From the NCBI GenBank assembly GCA_944372325.1, contig CALVYR010000001.1, positions 35,143 through 99,142 of the forward strand: a stretch of DNA of 64,000 nucleotides, written 5' to 3'. The stretch comes from an uncultured Clostridia bacterium (lineage in GTDB: Bacteria; Bacillota; Clostridia; Christensenellales; UBA1242). Of this stretch, positions 20,401 through 29,400 are shown in pieces. Each line of letters begins with the position of its first letter. The first letter of the stretch is position 1. The notes below the pieces were generated by a model. It was not told the origin of the DNA. It ran no database searches and saw only the letters and a list, made by a program, of their open reading frames with translations. The position numbers and the translations under genes were made by a program.

Positions 20401-23400
20401 TAATTTATAGTTTATTGATAGGTTGTTTTGTTCTGCTACTCTTTGCAATAGATTTGCTTCCAAAATACCATTTGTAATACCAAATAGACCGCCAGCATTT
20501 AAAGTGTCAATTAAGTTTTTATCCTGAGTGTCAATTTTAGTTCTTAAATTAAAGAAATTATCATCCTCTTCATAATTTACAAGGTCTAAGTCCATACCAC
20601 CAGTTGAGCCTGCAATATGGCCAACATTTAAGGTTAAAGGTTTTTCAGTGCTAGTATTGCCTGTAAAAGCAATATTAATATTGCTACCATAAGCAGATGT
20701 GGCTCCAGCACCAAATTTAATTCCACTTACAACTGTCATAGTAGAACTTGATGAGGTAGATGCACCAATATTTCCTGCAACCATACCTACAGACACTGTA
20801 AAGTTTGAAGTTGGAACATTATCATAATTTATAGTTAAATCTATTTCATTATTCGTGCCTTCAAAACTTATGTTACTGAAAGAACATCTGCTAGCAGAAC
20901 CTACAAGCAAGCCTACATTGTATGCTTCACTTAGCCCTGAAGACATAGTTGGAGCTATAGAACAATCTTCAATTGTAATATTATCAAAGGTCGTGCCAGT
21001 TGCACTTTCTACCAATATTGCGTTTATATTTGGTTTAGCATCTTCTATTCCAGTGCTAGCTCCCATGCCTTTTATAACAAAGTTAGAGAATTGAGTGCCA
21101 GTATAAGTAGATTCAAATAATGGGCTAGTAATTAAATTTGTAGAATTTGTAACTGTGAAATCTAAACCATAATTACCTGAATCATCTCTACCGCGAAGTA
21201 AGCCAGAGAAGCCAGCTACCGTAAAGCCCTGTCTGGTTGTTGCAAGCCAATCGCCAACCTGTACAATGCCATCGCCATCTTGACCTATGATTATGAATGT
21301 TTTATTTTTATAAAGTTGTAAATATTCAAGATCGGAAGCCTCTCTAATATAAATTACAGAAGGTTCAATTCTAAAGGTTAGGTGTGGGAAAAGATGTGGA
21401 ACATCTGTATCAGTTTCTGTGAACCAATACTCTTGATCCCAACCAGCATTTCTAAAGATTTTACTCATTTCATTTGAGTAATCTGCGTTATTTGAATTTT
21501 TAAGCTCGCTTACCTTTTGAACAGCTTCGCTGATAATATTTCCGCTTGTAGCGGTAACACCACTGCTTCTTGAATTATTGAAATAGTAAGTTGTATCGTT
21601 AACAGTAAAGCCTTCTAAAGCATGGACATCGTAGGTAGTTTGATTTAATGTGATGTTTATCAAACCAGAATCTTCTGGCATATAGTAAATGTCGTAAACA
21701 TTATTAATATATGCTTTGTCATCTACTATAGAATACTCACCACTTGCAGTTCCCTCAGTTGTTGGAACAGAAAGATAATTTAATGCATTTATTTTTTCAA
21801 GTGAAATCTTATTCCAAACATCCTCTTCAATGTATCCAAATATTCCACCTGCACCTTCACTTGCAAGTAAATCACCTGTTGAATAGAGTTCTATAAAGCT
21901 TAAGGATAGAGTTTGAGCATTGCCATAGTCTTCAAGTCCACCAAGAGCAGAATTATCTCTACCTGTAATACCACCAATGATACCACCAGCATAACTTGCT
22001 ACACTAGATCTAACATTAAGTTTAGAATAGCTTTTTTCAAGTCTACCTGTTACAAACTCACCTACAATACCACCAATATATTTTGGTGTGTAATTTGTGT
22101 TATCTTCATATTCAAATAAGGTTAAGTTACCTCTATTTACTGTTTCAGATGGGTTATTGTAGTAAGTTGAATATCCATTTTCAATTGCAAGTTGATCTTC
22201 AGAAGAATGTTCTGATCTAACCATGAATAAGTAACCATAGTTTTCACCAACAATACCGCCTGCTGAGAATTTGTATGCAATTAATTTTTGAGAATAGTTG
22301 TCTTGACTAGATGATATTTCAAATAGGGCATCTTGAAGCATAGTTTGTGGACCTAAGAAGCCAACAATGCCACCAACAGTTGCTCCATAGACATTCATAT
22401 TTCCGCTTGCCTTTAATGCAACAACATTTGGATCGGATAAACCGCTAGAGAACCTGTAATCGTTTACATTTGTATAGATATCAATTACACCAGCAACGCC
22501 ACCTGCATAAGAGATGTTGTTTCTAATAACACGATTATAGAATTGTTGTTCTACCGCGCCAACATCGTTGCCAGCAATGACAGTAAGGTTTTCTACAGAG
22601 ATGTTACTTAAATAGCTATCTCCAACTACTCTTCCAACAACACCACCAGCAATATTATAGCCATAAATTACAGCATTTTGATCAGCTGAACCGCTAGATA
22701 CGCTAACATTGATAACTCTTGAATCTGTTACAGTTCCTGCTAATGCACCAACATAGTTTACACCAGTGGCATTAACACCCTCAATTTCAAGGTTTAAATT
22801 CATTACAACGGCACCATTTTCAAGCTCTTTAAATAGGCCATAGCTTGTATTAGATCCACCTAAAGTAGATACAAGCTCTATGCCAGAAATAGTAAAGCCG
22901 TTTCCATCTAATAGACCTAAACCATTTATTTCATTTTGATTGCTATAGGTTGGAGTTAAAGACATTTCAGTAGATCTTAGAGTTAGACCTGTTTCATCTG
23001 AAAGCAAGTTTGTAAGATCGATATCGTTTACTATTCTATAGTTACCATATACTTTATTTTCAACTAGATCATAATAGTAAGCAACGCTTGAACTTACATT
23101 TGCAGTGTCACCCCCGAACACTTGATTGAATTCCGTTTCATCTCTAATAATAATTGGATTTTTGCTACTACCATATCTGTATCCGTCTGCATAAGAGAAG
23201 CTATAGTCTACAATTTCTCCTTCAGCATTTGTTTCTTCAACAACTAAAATTCTTGAAGATACTGCTATGTTGTTTGCGCTAACAAGCTCTGGACCTCTTG
23301 ATGTCATGTACCAAACGCCATCTGAAGTATAACCAACAACAGAGCTATTTGAGAATGCAAAGCCATAGAAGCTATCTCTTACATCTGGGTCTAGCACTCT

Positions 23401-26400
23401 GTTTACAGATGTGTCATATAAAGATTCCATATCTGATGCTGCATATTCATCATCTAGAGAAGTATCTGAATTGTAGTAATAACAATTTTCAACTAAACCA
23501 TAGTTTTGAAGATCTAGGTTAACATCAACACCTAGGAAGTTCATCTGTGTACTATTAGAATTTTCTATTCTTGAAGCAGAGTAAGATCTTCTTACTACAC
23601 CATTAGTATTGTTAATGTATACAAAACCTGCACTTAACCTTCCACTTTCTTTATCACCTATAGTTGTAAGCATGATATTTGAATAGGAATCTTCAACAGT
23701 GCCACCATTTTCATACACAAAACCTGCAGCAACACTAGCTGTTTCTATTCCTCCACCAGTAGCGTGAATTTCAGAATCGCTTGCGTAAACACCTCTTGCG
23801 TAACTCAATCTAATTGTGCCATTATTGCTTACAGCAAAGCCAGCAGTAGAAGTATCTGAACCGCTTGAAGTTTGGTTAGTTATAGTTCCGTTCATAAAGA
23901 AACTAGAAGCAATTGTGCCAGAGTTTTCATAAACAAAACCTGCTACATTTCCTTGAGCAACTATATTAAATACTGTTGGAGTTATAGCTGTACCATTAGC
24001 TATTTCAAGGCTTGTTCCGCCTACCCTACTATTGGTAATAGAGCCGTTTTCGTTATTGATAACAAAACCTGCAACTCTGCTATGAACATTTTCTACATTT
24101 ATGCTTGAATAGCCATAGTTTACAGTGAGTCCTGGAACATCAGGAACTGGTCTATCTGCCCCTGTGTAACTATAGGATACAACTTCACAGTTTGTAATTG
24201 TACCATTATTGGTTATTGCAAAACCTGCAATATCTACAGAGGTTACATTTGTCATGTTAAGGTCTATTTTGCCACCATAGAAGGTGTTAACTCTAACATT
24301 TTTAAGCGTTGTGTCTTCAGTTACTTCATCAAATAGTGCTAAGCTAATTGATGCCTCTTCGGTAGGAATTGCATAGCTTAAAATGTGAATTGTTTTGTTG
24401 TTACCATCAAGGCTTCTGATACCAGAAGTGCTGAATGGTTCATAATCTAATAGATAGATATCTTCTGTTAAAATATAATCTAGTGGCTCAGTAGCATTTC
24501 TTAAATCATTAAACTTTTCAGCTGTGTCTATAATGATTGGTTTATCTTCATTTGTTTCAAGCACAACATCAATTGTGAAGTAATATTCAAGATATGTTTT
24601 AGTTGGTTCATCTGTGCCATTAGGAATTTGAATAGGAATTCTTAAGAGCATTTCCAAACTTGTATTTGTAGCTTGAAGACCGCGAACATATAGATCTGAG
24701 CCATCAAATGTAAATGCACAGAAATTATTTGAAGAAACCTGTCCGCTTTCTCTATTGAATACCTTGCTAAGCTCTATTCTATCTGGATTATATGTATCCG
24801 CATAGTAGAGGTTATCTATGAAGTTTGCCAAAACCGTGCTATTTGAACTATCATAGTCAAAATCGTAAGGCATTGAATCATAGAATCCATTCACAATATA
24901 ATTTCCAGTTTGATCTTCAGCTTGAGGGTTAGAGTTATAGTAATTATAGTTATAAAAACTATTCAAACTATCATTTGTGAGATAGAAATCTATATCAAAA
25001 TCAAACTCAAGTTTTTGAGTTGTTCCAACATAGAGAGTTAGTACATCCTTATTGAAAGCATCCGTTTTAAGTTGAGTGTTTTCAGTGTTTATAACAAAGT
25101 CTACCACAGCAACATAAACAGTGTCGGTAGCCCTCTCTACTGTACCATTGATTGTTCTTGTAGTTTCAGCAGAAATAGTAATATAGTTATTACCTTCAAA
25201 GGCAACTAGATCTGAACTTAAATATACGGTAGTTGTATAGTGTTTTAAGCCAGTAGTTTCATCTATGGTATATGTTAATGGGTCGTAACTTGCATTTCCA
25301 GATTCTATACCATTTATTGTTAATGAATCTATATTTTGGTCAGCGTTTACAGTTATAGTTACCTCACCAGAACCGCCTCTTGGAATAATAGCTTGTTTAG
25401 AGCCATTTACTGTAAGTTCAGGTTTTGCAACATGCTGAACTGAAAGCATAAAAGTATCTGTTTTAAGAGCATCGCTATTATCGTTGTAGGCAATAATTGT
25501 GATCTCATAGGTAGAATCTTCATCTATGCTTGATGGTATGAAAGTTCTCAAATATAGTGAGCCAATGCTATTTGCTAAATTTGGATTGAAAACTCTTATA
25601 CCGTTAGTAATAGTTTCATAACCAGTTGTCTTTCTTATATAACTATTTGAACCTTCAACTTTTTCCATTAAACCAAGCCTTACTTGATAAGAAGAGCCTA
25701 AAACAGTTCTTGTTGTTATTTCAATATAGCTATAGTTAGAGTAAGCAGGATAAAGTTCTACATTTAATAGACCTTCCTTTCCTGGAGCTAATAAAGATTC
25801 TGGTATATTATCATAAGTATAATATAACCTTTGATTATCCCCTGTCCCGCCCCAAAGTGCAGTATCTAAAGAATAATGAGTTGTATTTATATAGGATAGT
25901 TTTTGAGTTTCTACAGTTAAATCAAATTGTGTAGAAACGCCTGTGCTATCTGCGTACAAAAGAATTTCAAATAATTTACCATTAAAATCTCTTGATCTTA
26001 TAGCATTATCATCTACAATTCCAAAAGATACCTTATAAGTTTGTTTAAAGTATTTAGCTGTATCTGAGGTTATGTCACTTACAATTGTAGACATTGTTTT
26101 ATCTGTATAAGCTATTACAGATGGGTTTTCAATTCTTACAACAACATAGCCATTTGTAAATTCTCTGTATGTATCGTAGATATCAATATTAGTAATTCCA
26201 GCATAATATGGGCTTTGAGTGATGTAGTTTTCATCATCTGGATCTTCAATTCTATGGTCTGTTATAATTGTAACACCATTGTAATCTGAATAACCATCGG
26301 CTTTTAGTTTTTCATCATTTATTACACTAGCAACTAAATCGTGGATATCATTGTTATCTGTGTAAAGAGTTACATCTACTGTTTGAGCAAAGGAGTCTAC

Positions 26401-29400
26401 AGGCTCAATAGAAAGTTCATCTGTTTCAGGCTCTATTGCATCGGCACCATTAAATAGTTGAACTCTGAATTGCTTTGTGAAGTTTTCTGTAATAATAGCT
26501 TTAAATGGATCAGCAAGATTTGCAACATTTAATGTTAATGAAACGCTAATAGGATCTTGAACAAAGTTCTCCATACCAGCAGTTAATATGTTATGCACGC
26601 CAATTTGAGTTCCGTCTACTATTAAACCTGTGTTTCCACTAATACTTGCTTCAACTGTAATGTCATTTTGTGTAAGATTTATTGCCCTGTTTGTTGCAAT
26701 TCTTGAAGTAGAAATAGAAGTTGATACAACATCTGAACTACCATATTTTATTGAAATATCTGTACTTGAACCAAGCTCTGTTCCGTAATATGAAAGTGTA
26801 TAATCAGATATCTTATATATAATAGTAGCATTAAAATCTTTCTTTAAAGTGTAATCGTATTTAGAGAACACGCTAAAGGTGAAGCTACCATTTAGCACAT
26901 CTTGTATGCTAATATAATTAGAACCTGCAAAGATAGGTGCATCCCCTACAGTTATTCTTATTGAAGAAGTGTTAGTTACACCAAATAAACTTGTGAAGTT
27001 CACACTATTCCAACTTGCAAGCACAGCATTTTCCATATCTGTAAGCGTCATGCCGTTTGCTTCATAGTAGAAGAAAATTACATTTCCATTATCATCAGTT
27101 AAAGTTAAATCTGTGTTTAAAATGTTAAACTCAGAGATATCATCTAATTCCGCATCCTGCATTATTGCATTGAAATATGGATATCCGTTATTAACATTTG
27201 CTGAGAAATTCCATAACTGATTAGAGCCAAAGGAGATATCTTTGTATACATTTTTTAAATCTGGATAGGTAGAAGGAGTAGCAATTTCACTGTAGTTAGC
27301 TATTATCTTATATGGATTTTTAATATCATTTGTAAAGATATACGCATTTTGAAGATAACTTAATCCAGAACTATTTCCCACAAAGTTAGAGGTGTTCACT
27401 TTAGCAAAACTTGCATTTACATTACCACCTAAAATTTCACCAACTAGTGCACCAATATTGGTTCCTGTTAAAACAGTATCTGAATTTGCAATATTATTTC
27501 CCTCACCATCTTGCAGTGGTTTAACATAAGAGTAGGCATAGCTATAGTTTAGTGTACCTGCAGTCATTTGACCAACAAGTCCACCTACTGTAGTTCCGTT
27601 ATAGTTTGAAATAGAATTTGAATATCTATAGAATTCCACTTCAGCGTATTCGATACTGCCTGTGTTTAAACCAGCTATACCACCAACATAGGAAGTTGCA
27701 TTTGTATTTTCTATAGAACCATAAAATTTAACATTGGAAATTATTCCACTATTTATAGCAACTATACCACCAGTAATAGTTTCAGTTGAAGCCTGAGTTA
27801 CAGTGCTTGGTAAATATTCATCGCCATTTGACCAGGTATCAACTGTGACATTTCTAATTGTACCTCTATTTTCTTGAGCAACAAAACCCTGTGTAGCCTG
27901 GCCAATTAAGGTTATATCTTCTATAACGGCGTTTTCACCCAAAACTGTAAATAATGAGGTTCCATTAATAAGTAGTGTATGGCAAGTTTCCTCGCTTACA
28001 AGCTTTCCAAAAAGTCCACCAGTAAACACAACAGTGTTTCCGTCTAATGTGTCAAGAGGAGTAGTTATAGCTTCATTTAATTCAATAACATCTATTGTTA
28101 ATGTATAGTAAAGCTCTGGATATGTCTGTATCCAAGTTCTTAAGGTGTCTATATTTGAAATTCTATAAGAAGTTTCCCTTGAACGACCGTCAGCTATTGT
28201 AATTGGAATGTATTTTGCTACATCTACATCTCCTGGAACATATCTGCCACCAATATAGGAATCTTCAGGTGCAACTCTTATGTATCCTGAGCCACCAATT
28301 GTTTGATTTCTAGAGAGTGTTACAAGACCTGTAGTTCTATTTAATGTAATAACATTAGAGCTAGTACCGTCATTGGGTATGAATTCATAAATAAGATTTG
28401 TATTTAATGGATTATTAGATGTATCAGCATGAGCATTGATATCATATTGTTGATCTTGAGAATCTTCAAGATCTCTTTCAATTTCTAGATAAATTCCTGT
28501 TTCTACAGTAACATTATCTAGTATTATATTTTCCACTTTATTTGCCTTGCGAATAGTTAATAAGAATGACCTATTTACTTCGCTATTAAACTCTGAAGCC
28601 CTAGCAAGCAAGCTATCTGTAATAACATTGGCTATAGCAAGCCCACCAGATGTAAGTTCATAGGTGCTTTTAGCAGAAATTGATACTTGTTTTAAATCTT
28701 GAGAGAATGTTACTGTATAAAGCGTTCTAGTGTCTGTAATATTTTCACTACGATATGTAATTGTTATATCATGCTCACCTGCACCATATTCATTGTTTTG
28801 AATAAACCAAGTGAGTTTATCATAAGTTGGTTGATTTAAGTTATCACCATTATTAAATACTAAATTGAATGTGAGTTTTGAATTTTCTAAGTTTGCATCG
28901 CCTACACTATCTTCTGAATATAGAGTTGCACTTGACCTAGATAATAACATTGAAGTTATAGGAATATAACTTTCTATAACAAAATATCTATAAACATCTT
29001 TACTAACTTTTTGGCCAGTAGTTGTGTCCAAAATATAGCCAGAAATTTTAGCTCTAACTAAAACCTTTCCCTCACCAGACACTATAAGTTGATTATAATT
29101 ATTTAGATACAAAGCATTAAGTATTGTAGATGTATTTACAAAATCTGTTGGTAAATTAGCAAGGAAAGCATCTTGATATTCGCTAGAATAAACATCATAA
29201 TCGTCAGCAAAGATTTCCTGAGCAAAATCGTATGTAACACTTACGCTAGTATTTGCTTCTATGTTTAAGTTTACACTATTGCCTCTTTTGATTGACGCAA
29301 CAAACACATCTTGCCCGTCAACTACTGCATCACGCACATTGCCAATAACAGATGTAACTTGAGGAGATGGAACGGAAATGCTAACACTTTCATCCATAGC